Positions 12,576 to 24,899 of a stretch of 64,000 bases of DNA are shown here, one piece after another. Every line of letters starts with the position of its first letter. Position 1 is the first letter of the stretch. Origin of the DNA: Podarcis liolepis. Its lineage: Eukaryota. A model generated the notes under the pieces. The model made no database searches. It was not told the DNA's origin and saw nothing but the letters and a program-made list of their open reading frames with translations. The stretch lies in the NCBI GenBank assembly GCA_965112155.1, contig OZ218098.1; one strand, 5' to 3'. Both the position numbers and the translations under genes were made by a program.

Positions 12576-13198
12576 TGTGATGGCCTGGGATTCCGAGTCT
12601 GAGAGCGATCCGGAGGAATCCCAGCCGGCACAGGAGTCCCCGCCTCCAGGGCCGGCTGAACTGGGGCAAGGCCTAGATGCTGAGGAAACTCAAGAGCAGG
12701 CACCAGGTGAAACCATTCTGGCCCCAGAGGTGCTGGATGACTCAGTGGCCACAGGTGAGCCTCCTCCAGGGCCCAGTAACCCTTCGGCCTCTCCTGATCT
12801 GCAGAGGCTTAGGGCAGAGAGGCGAAGGGAACTGGTTGCCCCCAGGAGGAGTGCTCGCCTTAAGGCCAGAGGAGGCGGGGCTCCTGGGGGTCGGGACCGC
12901 CCCTGACCTTAGAAGAGGATAAAAGCCCAGTCAGGCCGGCCCCAGGTTGCGGGAGCAACGTCATTGTTGGCTACGGACCTACCTGTGTTCTTGATCCCTG
13001 CTCGGCTTCCTGTTCCTGACTATCCAGTACTCCGGTTCCCTGCTCGGCCTCCTGTTCCCGACCATCCGGCGTTCCTGTTACCTGCTCCGCTTTCTGTTCC
13101 AGCGTTCCTGTTCCCCGCCCGGCTCTCTGCATCGGACCTCGTCCCTCTTCGTGTGGACTCTGCTACACTCACGGTACCTTACCCCCGGGACCAACATA
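12576..13198 (+). mobile_element. Solo LTR (Gypsy-like), young, GC-rich
   Basis: Starts TGTG, ends ..ccaacata; perfect 5-bp TSD gtttg (12571-12575, 13199-13203); TATA-like GATAAAAG at 12918-12925 after GC boxes; pyrimidine-rich repeated downstream half. Confidence 0.85.
12580..12906 (+). CDS. Hypothetical LTR U3-encoded 108-aa acidic/Pro-rich protein with C-terminal RRSARLKA motif
   Basis: Uninterrupted ATG..TGA from LTR base 5 to 12 nt before the TATA-like box; expression not shown. Confidence 0.4.
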   Translation: MAWDSESESDPEESQPAQESPPPGPAELGQGLDAEETQEQAPGETILAPEVLDDSVATGEPPPGPSNPSASPDLQRLRAERRRELVAPRRSARLKARGGGAPGGRDRP

Positions 13199-13339
13199 GT
13201 TTGTCTGGATGGGGGATAAAGAAAGGTATGAGGGTGGTCAGGATTTCCCACACTACCTGTTCTTCTCCTTTAGGACAGATCTACGTATATGCAACTGTAT
13301 GTAGGAAACCCTACTTTGTAATGGTTCCTCCAAAAGTGT

Positions 13340-13871
13340 TGTCAGGAGCTGGAGTCAGAAGCAGGCCACAAATTAAACACTCAAACACTCAAAAGAAACC
13401 AAAACAGTGCAGGCCTACTGATCACAGCATGTCTTCTCAGTAGGTCTTTCTGCAATGAGGTGGTTGCAAGGACTGAAGGTCCTTCCCAGCCTTCCCACCT
13501 CCAATACTCCTCCCCCAGGTTATTCCCTTCATCTTGTCTTTCTTTTCTCTGCACTCTTCATTCCTCCCTGTGTTCTGGGAGACCAGGGGGAGGGGAGCTA
13601 GTCACAGCAGGAGGGGCAGACTCCCTGGCCTCTTCAGCAAACTGCCCCCACTTCTAACCAGCCTCTGCTTTGGCTTCTGATTCTGTACTCCCCTTCACCA
13701 CAACCTCTTCCTGCTTCTGATACCTCCTCATCCCAGTCTGCTTCCTCTGACCACTCATTGGCATCCCACCAGCAATACCCTGGCTCTGAGCCTTCTTTCC
13801 CTGGGGGTTCCCTTGGGGGTTCCCCAGCTGGTGCCTTCCATTACTCCTCTGTATCCAGCCCAACCATGACA
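13340..13871 (-). mobile_element. Solo LTR (Gypsy-like), second family
   Basis: TGTCA...TGACA inverted termini; perfect 5-bp TSD agtgt (13335-13339, 13872-13876); homologous to 47156-47735. Confidence 0.85.
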
Positions 13872-14575
13872 AGTGTGGAGATAGGTACACCTGCATTGCT
13901 GAGTGATTTGCAGACTGCGTTCCAGTCGTCAAATAAACACATGGAAGTCAGAAGTGCGGACAGCTCGTGAAATCCCCACTTCCTTCCATTCAATGAATAT
14001 CTGAAAGAAACTTTTCTCAGCCTCATTTGCTTAAACTTGTGCTGAGTGACATTTAATTTTTGCCTTCTTATGCCAATCACCCGACACAGTGGGAGGGCTT
14101 GTGCATCTATCAATCATGGCATGTGTTCTGACAAGCAGTTGGACGAGACTCAGGCTATGGAAGTGGGGTAATTGTAATACAGCTCACCCAATTGGCTGAT
14201 CAAACAGAAATAGCATCACCTCAAAATCTCTTTCGTTGTACATTTGTGTGTCACTCCTCACACTACAGCAGCAGATAATCGCCATGGTAAAAGCTTTAGA
14301 GACAGATTAAGGATAGAGTAACTCTTGGAAGATAAATTAAGAAAAGTAAAATCCCATTATTATGGGTAATACTATGCAGATTGCCATGTCAGGAAGGCTG
14401 AATAAATTAAAATAGTTGGAACTTGCTAAAACTTCAGCAGCCACTTTGTTCAAGCTAAGATTTACAAAGCATCACTAATAATGCTAAGCCAAAAGAGCTT
14501 GTGAGCTTGTTTGTTTCATCTTTGAATTTACATACTCCCACAGATGTACAGGTTCATTCCCAGATAACTAGTATG

Positions 14576-14709
14576 CAGTGCTATTTTTCTAGAAAAAGAG
14601 GTGCCAGAATTCACCATGAACACGTCCCTCATTCTCTTAGAATGGCAAAGGCACCTACCTGAGAGGTGCAGAGCTGACTTCCCCAAGTTCCTGCTGAATA
14701 AACACTCTG
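14576..14709 (+). mobile_element. hAT-type MITE
   Basis: cag...ctg termini; 8-bp TSD ctagtatg/ctactatg. Confidence 0.75.
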
Positions 14710-17700
14710 CTACTATGTAAGATTCTCATGTTTGGTTTCAGAGAAGGTCAGACTGGTGAACCATTGACCTCCAGGCCTTTTCCAGTCTCCTAAGTCTTTC
14801 CTTTGTTCAGCCTGCCAACTCCAAGCCAGCACCAATCCAGAGCTCTACACACATATAAAATTGTTGAGCTTTCTTTGGGAAACCCCGAAAGTTGTTAAGC
14901 TTTTTCCCATTGACTTGCCTAACATCCAGGACTAACTTTGACTCCCAAATACCATCGTGCATAGCCATTTTTCAGTGACTAATGTTTAGCTTCCACAGCA
15001 CACCAGAATGTTTCAATAACCTCTGGTTAATCACAGGTGAGATTTGAAGAAACAGCTATTGTGTCAATGAAAAAGCTGTGAGATCAAATACATCATTTTC
15101 AGTGAGACTGCTCTAGAGAATATGATTTTCATTTTACAGCTCAGGATTTTTTTGCCATTGACTTACAGCATTTCTTTAAAAAATGAGTATTACTACTTAG
15201 AACCTTGGATTTATTATTTCTAAAGTGAGGGAAACTGAGGATTTCCCCCCTCCTGAAACTACAAGCACCATGCAGATGCTAAATAACATTATTTAGGGAA
15301 GGATGACTGGTATAGAACAACTACAGTACAGTGATTATTAAAAAGCATTAGAACTGTGGCGTTACAGTAATTGCAACAACCTGCCTAAATGTCACCTGAG
15401 ATTAATTATACCCTGGCCTACTTACAACATTCTATAGTTTCTAGCTGAGCAGCTGCATTTTGTTTAATGGTGTAGTTGAAGCAGACGTCAAGCTCCACAC
15501 TAGAGTGAGCTGCAACCGTATAATCACATACTCCATACAGCATATTCTCTAACAATACCTGTCTTCTCAATACATGTGTAAAAACTGTTGTGCCTGCTGA
15601 ACACTGACTAGTGTGTATTAAATGATGACTACTACAGCTTACTTGATATCTGTATCTGAGTTTCTGGCATGTTTCTGTCTATCCTGACCTGCAATTGAAT
15701 CTCTTCACTGTAGGAACTGAGCACCAGGGAAAGAACTCTCTACGTATATAGGATAATTAAGCTCCTGGGTCGTGAACCTACATCAAGGCGAGGCTTTTAC
15801 TTCACATGATCAACAAGTTGTGTTGGACATAGCATATTGTACATAGTAAATTGATTCACTTGGCTTAGGTATGGGGACTCGGCAAGATGTGGTTCAACAT
15901 TCAAAAACAAAAACGCTATATTCAGGCATAGAACTTGCAGTAAGAGTTTATTCTGTTGCAGTTTTGTGACTCTAATCCTTGGGGAGAGCACTTTTCTGCT
16001 TTCTTTTGTAGAAAGCTTCAGTTATGTCACATCAGACAGAAGTGAAGGACCAACAAAAACTTCAGTCTGAAACTATATTCTATGCTTTTTTGGCAAGGAA
16101 AAACATTGCTGCTCTGGAGACCAGGACCCAAATAAATGGATTCAAATTATATGAAGGGAGATTCCTCCCAGAGGCATACCTATGGTCACATGCACCCTTG
16201 GCAAAGAGCTCCCCCTTTCTGAAAAAAAATAATCAGTTTACCGCAATAGCCACATTAGAAATTACAACGTTTTATACCCACCCACAGCCAAGTACTTGAA
16301 ATCCTGGCAAGCCTTGTAGACGGGAGCACAGGCCGGGTCCCTTGTTAACTGAACTATTTTGGGTTGTGGTTTATTTATTTTTTAAAAGTAAATGTTCCAA
16401 AAAGTCTCAGCCCAAAATACTTAGAAAGAAATATCCCCCCACCTCAATCTATATATTGGGCATGTTGTCAATATACATACAAGGCAAGGCTTGTAAAGGG
16501 TTCCACTGGGAATGCCAAATAAATCAACTGACAGTGCAATTTTCTGCACTACTCAGAAAGAAGCTCTACAGTGGGTGCGGATAATTGGGAGCTGCTGTTA
16601 ATCACAGTTTTTGGGGTGTTTTTTTTCTTCTTTTTCTGTTAATCACAATTGATCGTACTACTCTAGATGGACCACTGATCTAACTTAGCGTTAGACAGTT
16701 TCATATACTTATATGCCATTTATCATAAAGCATGTTAGTGTAATATGATAAAACCTATCTACAAACGGTAAGAAATGAGATCACACAACCTCATTTCATT
16801 CTGAAAAAACGAGGTGTGATGCTTCCATTATTTCCCTCTCTTTGTCCCACATCCCTGGTTCGTTTTCCAGCCATCGAGCTCACCTTTGTTCAGCATGAAA
16901 AACAGAATGACAAGCAGGCAACATTTTATTCTTGCAAGTAGCAAAACATTAGAGAATAAGAACCCATCTGTTACGATCATGTAAACAGGCCAAAAGTACT
17001 AAAGCAAGGCTGGCACTCGGGCTGTCTCAGCTGGACTAGGTCTCTGCCAACCCTTTGCCCTAGAGTCTCTGTTCACTGTGGAGAACTAGCCGCTGGCAGC
17101 TCATTTTCTAGCCTCTCAAAAAATCTGCAGAACAACAACGAACAGATGTAAGGAACAGGGGTGGTAAAACAGGTTGCGGAATGAGTGATAGGGTGATGTA
17201 AGGGTCATTAGGTCTTTCTGATAAATGGGCTGTAAATTAATAGGCTGTCCCAGTAATTAATTTATTTTCCTCTGGTTGCTGGAAAGATCATGCCTTCCAG
17301 TTTCCATTGGTAGAACACGCAGAGGGTATGATTTTTAAAAATGGAAACAAAATAGTAAGTGGCAGTACAGCCAAGCTTGCTTAATTGTCATGGTTCAAGT
17401 CTTTCCACATTCATCAGAATATTTGATAGTGGCCTGTATAGTCACCCTGCCCCCTCACAAGGAGAGAGCAAAAGGAGGAACAAGCCACATTCCGAATGGA
17501 AATGCTACTGGCATTAGATATTCAACAGGTGTACATGCGTTCCTAAGATCAAGTGGGCCCTGCAATTGAAGTCAATTACTGGTTTTATTCCACCCACTCT
17601 TGGCAGAAATCCTATCTGCAGTGTGTGCCACAATTGTAGCACATTTTGGTGTGGGTGGGCTATCACTTGGCTTGCGCGTAGCTGCTATTTCCTTTATTTT

Positions 17701-17744
17701 TTCTTAATTTTCCCTATGACCACGAACACCCTGTGCCTCCAAAC

Positions 17745-18546
17745 TAGAGATGAGGAGAGATTTAATTCAGTTTGCATTGAAATACAGACTTACTCAATTC
17801 ACACTTTCTTTTTTAAAATAAATTTTCTTAAAGATTTTCATGAATTACAAAAAAAGTGGGATCTCTCTCTCTCTCGGTTCAGATTATAAAGTATTTTGGT
17901 TACGTTCAATGTAAGGCAATATGGTATCCAGAGGTAGGGGGAGAGAATAGAGGGGAGAGGGATAAACTTACACACTATTTTTTCATTTTTCCAACTTGGT
18001 ATATGTGTGAGGTTTTTATGTCAGTGTCATTTTGGTAGGTTCTCTTCCTATACATCTGTTAGTTTACATGGGCAGCGAGAGAAGGTTGATGGGGACCCAG
18101 GGCATGGTTGCTTGCCTTTGATTGACTGAAGTGAGATTCATTTGCTTGTGTGGAAGGGGGAAGGGGGAATTCACACTTTCTGAAACAACACACAAGCCAA
18201 AACACACTCATCCTTCAGAATTCACACTTCTCCATATTTTTCAGTGAAGTTCTCCTGCCATGTAAGATGTATAAAGATGCACATATGAGGGTAAATAAAA
18301 ATGCATGCATTAGTGAAAATACCATGCAAAAGGGCCTTATATGTGGGAAATTGCTTTGCATAAATGTGCTTATTAATTAGGCAACATTGCATATAAATAT
18401 GGAACTTAGGAGAAATTGTATTAATATGTTGGTGAATTTTCATTAGGACGTTTATTTAAAAAATTGCAAACTAATGTGGAAATGTGGCACAGATTTAATG
18501 ATTGAAAAAAGTGAGAATCTGAATCTGACAGATTCCCTGGCCCCCT
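17745..18546 (+). mobile_element. Old non-autonomous DNA-transposon-like repeat carrying a 358-bp insert
   Basis: tagagatgagg...ggcccccta ends; similar to 3322-3767 and ~20240-20380; split by a 14-bp duplication. Confidence 0.55.
17810..18167 (-). mobile_element. Retroposed insert, probable LINE (L1-like) 3' UTR fragment
   Basis: 14-bp TSD aattcacactttct (17796-17809, 18168-18181); T-rich left end. Confidence 0.6.
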
Positions 18547-19101
18547 ACTCTTTTTGTAGCTGTCCCAAAACTACCAATTTAAACTAAGTAGGAAACTAAA
18601 ATTAATTCATAAGTGAGGTTCCATTTTAATCAGAGACTGAGACTGAAGGCAGAAGAAAGATGGAGAGGTAGCAGGAAGAAAGGAAAGGAAGAGGCGGCCT
18701 CAAAAGGTGTCATTGAACCTGTTCATTGGGCCCAATGCATGTCAGCTAACCCTCTTCCTTTAGGGATCAACTGAATTGGTTTCATCAAGACACCCAAGGA
18801 ATTCCTCTGTGGTTCCTATTTTGATTGTGCAAAAGCAAGAGAGAAAGAACCAATCTCAATATAATGAAAGGTTGCACTTTTAATTAACAATCAATATTTC
18901 TCCATGGAATGGGAGAAGAGAGAATAAACCCTCATTATCACAGAAATCCATTGTCAATAGCTCTTGACATTTTTTCATGTAAAAACTTTAATGGTCATGA
19001 GAGTGTTATAAATATGTGACTTGAGACTGTATTTTAAGGTTTTTATATTTCTTTAGTTTTTCTTCTTCATGCATTACTCTGAGTATGTTGTCCCTATAAT
19101 G

Positions 19102-19237
19102 CAGGCATATTCAAACTCGGCCCTCCAGATGTTTTGGGACTACAACTCCCATCATCCCTGATCATGGGTCCTGTTAACTAGAGATGATGGGAGTTGTAGT
19201 CCCAAAACCTCTGGAGGGTCAAGTTTGCCTATGCCTG
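19102..19237. mobile_element. hAT (Charlie-like) palindromic MITE
   Basis: TIR caggcata/tatgcctg; internal inverted repeat gttttgggactacaactcccatcatc; perfect 8-bp TSD ctataatg. Confidence 0.92.
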
Positions 19238-21535
19238 CTATAATGTGTATAATCTCTATGTATAGGAACATGTTGACTCCAAATTATTCTAGAGGTTTCC
19301 CGACTGCTTCTTAGGACAACCAATATAATTTATGAAAAACAAGTTCACACATAATTCCAATAGAGTACAAAGTTAAAACAAGGGTTAAAACATTTCAAAA
19401 GCTTGCTCGAATATTCATTTGAACAGCTAAATTTAAAACTAATATCCCTGCATTATTCTGCCTCGGTATGGTTTCATTTGTATATGCAGCTATACACTGA
19501 TTTGTATCTACATAGCCAGTTGAAGAATTAAGGCCCATTATCAGTTTTGGTTTATGGAGAAAAACCTCCTGACATTTCCTATTTCCCTTTTATCAGCGTA
19601 AATGATACATTTTGTTCTAGACAGATTATGAATATAAGTTATAAATAGCAGCCATAATCAAAAAGCTCAAACTTTCCAAATAGTATTTTGAATAACACAG
19701 TGATTGTCAAGTCAGCAATAGTATTTTCATCAGAGTACTTCCATTCTCTCATTATATTTGATTAAGTTCCTCTGTTTAAATACCAACTGTCTAAAAAATG
19801 GAACCAGATAAATAAATGAATGCATTTCCTTGGTGCTCTCACAATAACAGACCACCAGTGCAATAATAAATGGAGAGGGAAAAATAAATTCACTGGTGCA
19901 CCTCTCTCTCTTAAATAGGGCTGAGTTTGTCCAATCCCAAAGCAGAAGAAGCTCTGAGAGACTTCATTCCAGTTAGAATGAGCGGTGAGAGCAATTTGAT
20001 TGATGAGCTTTCAAAAATCCTGAAAGGGCAGACATCCCCTGTATAAAGGTCGCTTCCTCTTTCATCTAGTGTAGCATAGGTGTTGAACTTCTACCATGCT
20101 ATAATGTCTCCTGAGCTCATGCCAAGGTCTGAATGAGTTCAGGCAGCAGATAGGATAAGTGTAATGGACTTAGAAGCCTTACACAATTTCCTATAATATA
20201 AAGTTTCTTTGTATGTTACTTTTCACTCATATGTGCATCCTTAAGCACATTAATTGGTTGACAAACTGCATCATAATATTTGGAAAAGTGTGATTTTGAA
20301 GGATAGCTATGTTTTGGTTTGTTCATCGTCTTGGAAAGAGCAAATTAGGTAGTTTTGTATTAACATGCAAAACTGTATGCATTATCTCTTCAGTTTTCCA
20401 TGAGACCAATTGCTGAAGCATCTTGGTGAGAATGACGCCACCCTGGAACTGAAGAATATTGCATCTTTTTCTGGTATGACTTCAGAAGTTTGAAAGAATT
20501 TCAGTGGAAGGTGTTGAACTCTAATTAAGTGGAAAGAATCAGATAGATGGTTAATTTGCATATTAAGAAGGATGTTGACTGATGGCAGAACATACATCCT
20601 TCATCCACATATTCAGTACCATCTTCTTCATCTGTTCTCCATTATTCTTCTGCAGGATATGACACATTCAAAGAGGATCTGCAGTGAGTCTCATTCAACC
20701 TGCTGGCCAGTAAGTGGCCTCCATTTGCCAAAATTAAACTGACTCCTTCTGGTGGTGTATAGCGCTGGGTCGGGAAGAAGACTAGTTTAGGATGTTCAGA
20801 GGCACCATTGAATGAAGAGCACTTGACAGCCCCTTCCTGTTGCTGAATGGCTCATGGGGGTTGTGTTGACTCTTGAGCCCTGGAGGATTTAGCCTTCTGA
20901 AAGCTGACTATCAAAAGTTGGAGTGGGTTGCCTTTCTGGCAACGGGAAACGTGTACCAGTCAAATTACAGGTACTGAGCCTCAAGACAGGATGGTTTCCC
21001 CCAACTGAGGCAACAGAGGAACATTAAATCACCACTTTTGTCTTTGTGAATTGGCTATGCCTCCAAGCAGTAAAATAATTTATTCTTGCAATAGCTGCAG
21101 ATCCTTAATAACAGGTTAATAGCATTGTTGCCTTTCATATCACCGCTTGTGTGCACATGTCTTGTGTGAATTTACTGGACTAGTGCATTTAACTGAGTGT
21201 TACTGTATTGATATTAATGAATATTTATCTGTGGGTGGCTTGGGTGTGATCTTAGAAAACTCCAAGCTCTTGTCTTGTGTCTCAGCAAATAAGGCATGTC
21301 AAATTGCGTTGTAAGAAGGAAAGTGCATATTCATTCATGTGGGCCAAAAAAGAGGTGTTTTTGCACTCTGACCAGAAGTTCATTTTTATGTAGATTAAAC
21401 CAGTGGTCCCCCACCCCAATGTATTTACTAAAAAATTAAGCTAGTTCTTTGTTTTTCTCACTCTCTCCTAATAGTCGAATTCGGGGACATCCAATGAAGC
21501 TGAATGTTGGAAGACTCAAGTTCCTCCCCCATGTA

Positions 21536-22065
21536 CCGTATTTTTTGCTCTATAGGACACACTTTTTCCCCTCCAAAAATTAAGGGGAAATGTGTGTGCA
21601 TCCTATGGAGCGAATGCAGGCTCCTTGGCTTCAGCAATAGCAATGCGAAGCCTCCGAAGAACAGAGGGAGCGCTCCCTCCATGCTCCGAAGGCTTCGTGT
21701 TGCTTTCGCTGAAGCCTGGAGAGCGAGAGGGGTCAGTGTGCACCGACACCTCTTGCTCTCCAGGCTTCAGGGATAGCCGCCTGAAGCCTGTGGAGCGCTG
21801 CGCGAGTTCCCGCTGCGCTCGGTAGGCTTCGGGTTCCTTTCGCTGAAGCCAGGAGAGCAAGACTCTCCTGGCTTCAGCAGAGAGGGAGAGCTGCGCAGCG
21901 CCCCTTCAGCCAAGCGGGAGGAGAAATGGAAGGGGCTCCGTTTCTCCTGCCGCTTCGCTGAAGGGGCACTGAGCAGAGAGGGGGAGAATTTTTTTTCTTG
22001 TTCTCCCTCTCTAAAACAAGGTGCGTCCTATGGTTCGGTGCGCCCTATAGAGCACAAAATGCCGG
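21536..22065 (+). mobile_element. Tc1/mariner (Tc2/pogo-like) non-autonomous element, GC-rich
   Basis: TIR ccgtattttttgctctatagg / cctatagagcacaaaatgccgg; TA flanks; internal gaagcc...ggcttc hairpins. Confidence 0.85.
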
Positions 22066-22813
22066 TATTTCTTCACACAACTCTAGGGATCTTACATTGT
22101 CCTTGTGTATTTTAGTGCCTATTCCTCAAAATGCTGCAACAGCTGAAGAAGACAGGCAATGCGATAACACTGTTTCTGTCTTTCTCTATATGACACCGCC
22201 AGAAAGACTTTAGGGTATGGGTTATATTTTTCTTTATGGGTCAAAACTAGCACCTTGAATTGTGCCCAGAGCATAGTAGCTGCCAACGCAATGGTCACAA
22301 AATCAGCTGAATATATTTGTATCTACTGACACCACTAAGGAAATGAGCTTTGGCACATTCTGCAGTACTTCTATTTTCCCAACAGCCTTCAAGGGCAGCT
22401 TTATGTAGAACACATTGGAATCATTTACCCTTCATGTAGAGAGCATTTCAATAATTCCGCCTTGCAGTTACAAAGCGACAAATGCTAGTAGTGGTTAGGT
22501 TCTCTGCTCCAGGAAAAAAAAATGCATTTTAAGATTTTACTCCACAAAATGGACATGGATTAGCAACAATGGGAGGTGGATCTCAAAAGATTATAAGAAA
22601 CCAATGGCCCTAATTAGGCTATCACCATAACATTTTTTTTAATGAAATGCTTCATTAAACAACTTTTAGGTTTGTCTCACTCTGTTTGTTTTCGATTTTA
22701 TTTCCTATTCAAGAAATACCCCAGGACTCCAAGATCTGTGCCATGACTCCAGCTGGACTAGGGGTGTTTTTAGGCTTACGAAGAAAAAATGGAGGTGGCG
22801 TATGAACTGATGC

Positions 22814-23320
22814 ATGATGCTGATGGCATTTTACCATTGTACTGTTGAGAATGTATTAACTTATGGTCTCTGTGTGTGGCTTGGGAGTTGCACAGTCAGG
22901 GGAAAAACAATGCTGTCCAGGATTGTAAAGACTGCAGAGAGAATAATTGGGTGCACTCTTTCCACCTTGGATCAAATCTATGCTTCCAGAAGCCATAAGA
23001 AAGCTGCAGAGATAGTGCAGGATAGTGCGCACCCCGGAAATGATCTCTTTCAGCTTCTGCCTTCTGGAAGAAGGTACAGGGTTATAAAGACTAGGACTAG
23101 CACCTGAGAAACAGTTTCTATCCAAATGCGATTTTGGTTTTAAACACAGTGTAAGGTAGTCTCTATTGTATTTAATTATGGGGTATCAGAGTTTTTAGGG
23201 GACCAACCAGGCTGAGATAGCTGGGATAGCAGGCTTGTTGGTTTTTGAATGTCTGAGGTAGATTTTTTCAATTTCGTTGTTCTGTATGGGACAATGACAA
23301 TAAAGATTATCATATTGTAT
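22814..23320 (+). mobile_element. Rex1/Babar LINE, 5'-truncated 3' end
   Basis: FYHCTVENVLTYGLCVW...HPGNDLFQLLPSGRRYRVIKTRTS then RNSFYP after a stop/frameshift, typical Rex1 C-terminus; 3' UTR ending caatgacaataaag. Confidence 0.85.
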
Positions 23321-24647
23321 AAGAGGCCAACAACAGACAACAGTGTACTTGAACATAATAATAGGCAGGTTTTCCTTGGTTCTCAGCTAAGAGGTTAACT
23401 ACTTCCCCAAGCTTCTTTTGTTTAACTAGTGTTTGGGTTACAATGAAATATTAATAATTTCTGTTTCTGAAAGTTATAAATATCTAAAGTGGCAGAGAAT
23501 GAAGAGCTTTCACATACAAGAGTGCTAGAGTTATGTGCCTTTAAAGTCTCCATTACATATTTAAAAGGTGAATTATTTATAGAATTTTGACTGCTTGGTG
23601 CAGGGGAATTTGCTTACTGTTACATAGTTTTACTTAGTTACACATAGGCATATTTTTAGCATTAACTTCCAAGTACAGTTTCACATCCATTCTCTGGGTG
23701 GCATTTACATGAATCTAGAACGATGGAGTCAATGTTGATTTCAGTTACATGGCACTACACTAAAACATGGCACAACACTTGAAGTTATTTTTAGCAGTCT
23801 ATAAACTGGGAGTGGGATGCTGTGGACATCACCTGTTTTTTCAACTGTCTACTCCCATACAATGCTGCCCACAGCTTAAGTTCTGCTTCGTAGGGCCTCC
23901 TGGTGTGCCTACCCACTAAGACAATAAGGATGCTTTGTGGTGTCCCTACAGCTCTGAAACTCCCACCCATTGGAGCTGTGCAATATCTCTAAATTGCAAA
24001 CTGTTTGGCAGGTCCTGAAGAATTGGTGCGTTGTCCCCCTTCCAACTGGCCTTTCAGGCATGCTGTTCATCAGCTGAGTGATAGTTTCACTCAGTTATGT
24101 TCTCTCTGCAGTTCTGCAAACATTTTTCTATATAAAATGTTGACGTTCAATTTTAAAAGTTATTTTTACATAAATGGTTGTAAATGTGTTGCAGAAAAGA
24201 GAGTGTGCAAGTTGCAAACAAGAAATATTCTGACCAAATATAACAACTCCTATTGTTCTTTGGTAAAAGTTCAAAATCTAGTAAATCACAACTTTCATAT
24301 GAGAATGTAGAGAATCCTAAACAAATTTGGGTATTTCACTAGAATAGGTTTTTGGGAGTACGTTGTTGCTTGTCCAGCTAACACTGGAGAACGCTCACAA
24401 TTTTATTTAGGTGACTGTTAACCATCACTGGTGTATCTCCGAGCTTTCGAATATTCACAATATTCATTTGGATCATCAACATTCACATGTGAAGGTAAGG
24501 TCAGCATTCAGCCCATTTTAAAGATTTGTGTCAATACTTTCATACTTTTATCTGGCACAAGCATGTTCCTTTTAAGGATGATTCTTTCTTACAAGTAGAG
24601 AATATAAAATTTTGGTGTATGTTGTCATGATATCGGTAGTTTTATGG

Positions 24648-24782
24648 TAGGGCTGGTGAATTTGTGGCCTACTAGATGCTGTTGGCACTACAATTCCCAT
24701 CATCTCTGGCTGGCCATGTTGGATGGGTTGATGAGAGCTCAAATTCAACTGTATCTGGAGCACCAAAAGTTTCCTGCACCTG
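24648..24782. mobile_element. hAT MITE, degraded (related to 19102-19237)
   Basis: actacaattcccatcatc core; perfect 8-bp TSD ttttatgg. Confidence 0.8.
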
Positions 24783-24858
24783 TTTTATGGCATTCAGCTG
24801 CGTTCCACAGAGTACTTTATGCTATTTTTACTCATCTTACATCACTGCCCAGTTCATT

Positions 24859-24861
<3 letters not shown>

Positions 24862-24896
<35 letters not shown>
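24862..24896. repeat. (AC)n microsatellite
   Basis: Direct reading. Confidence 0.95.
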
Positions 24897-24899
<3 letters not shown>

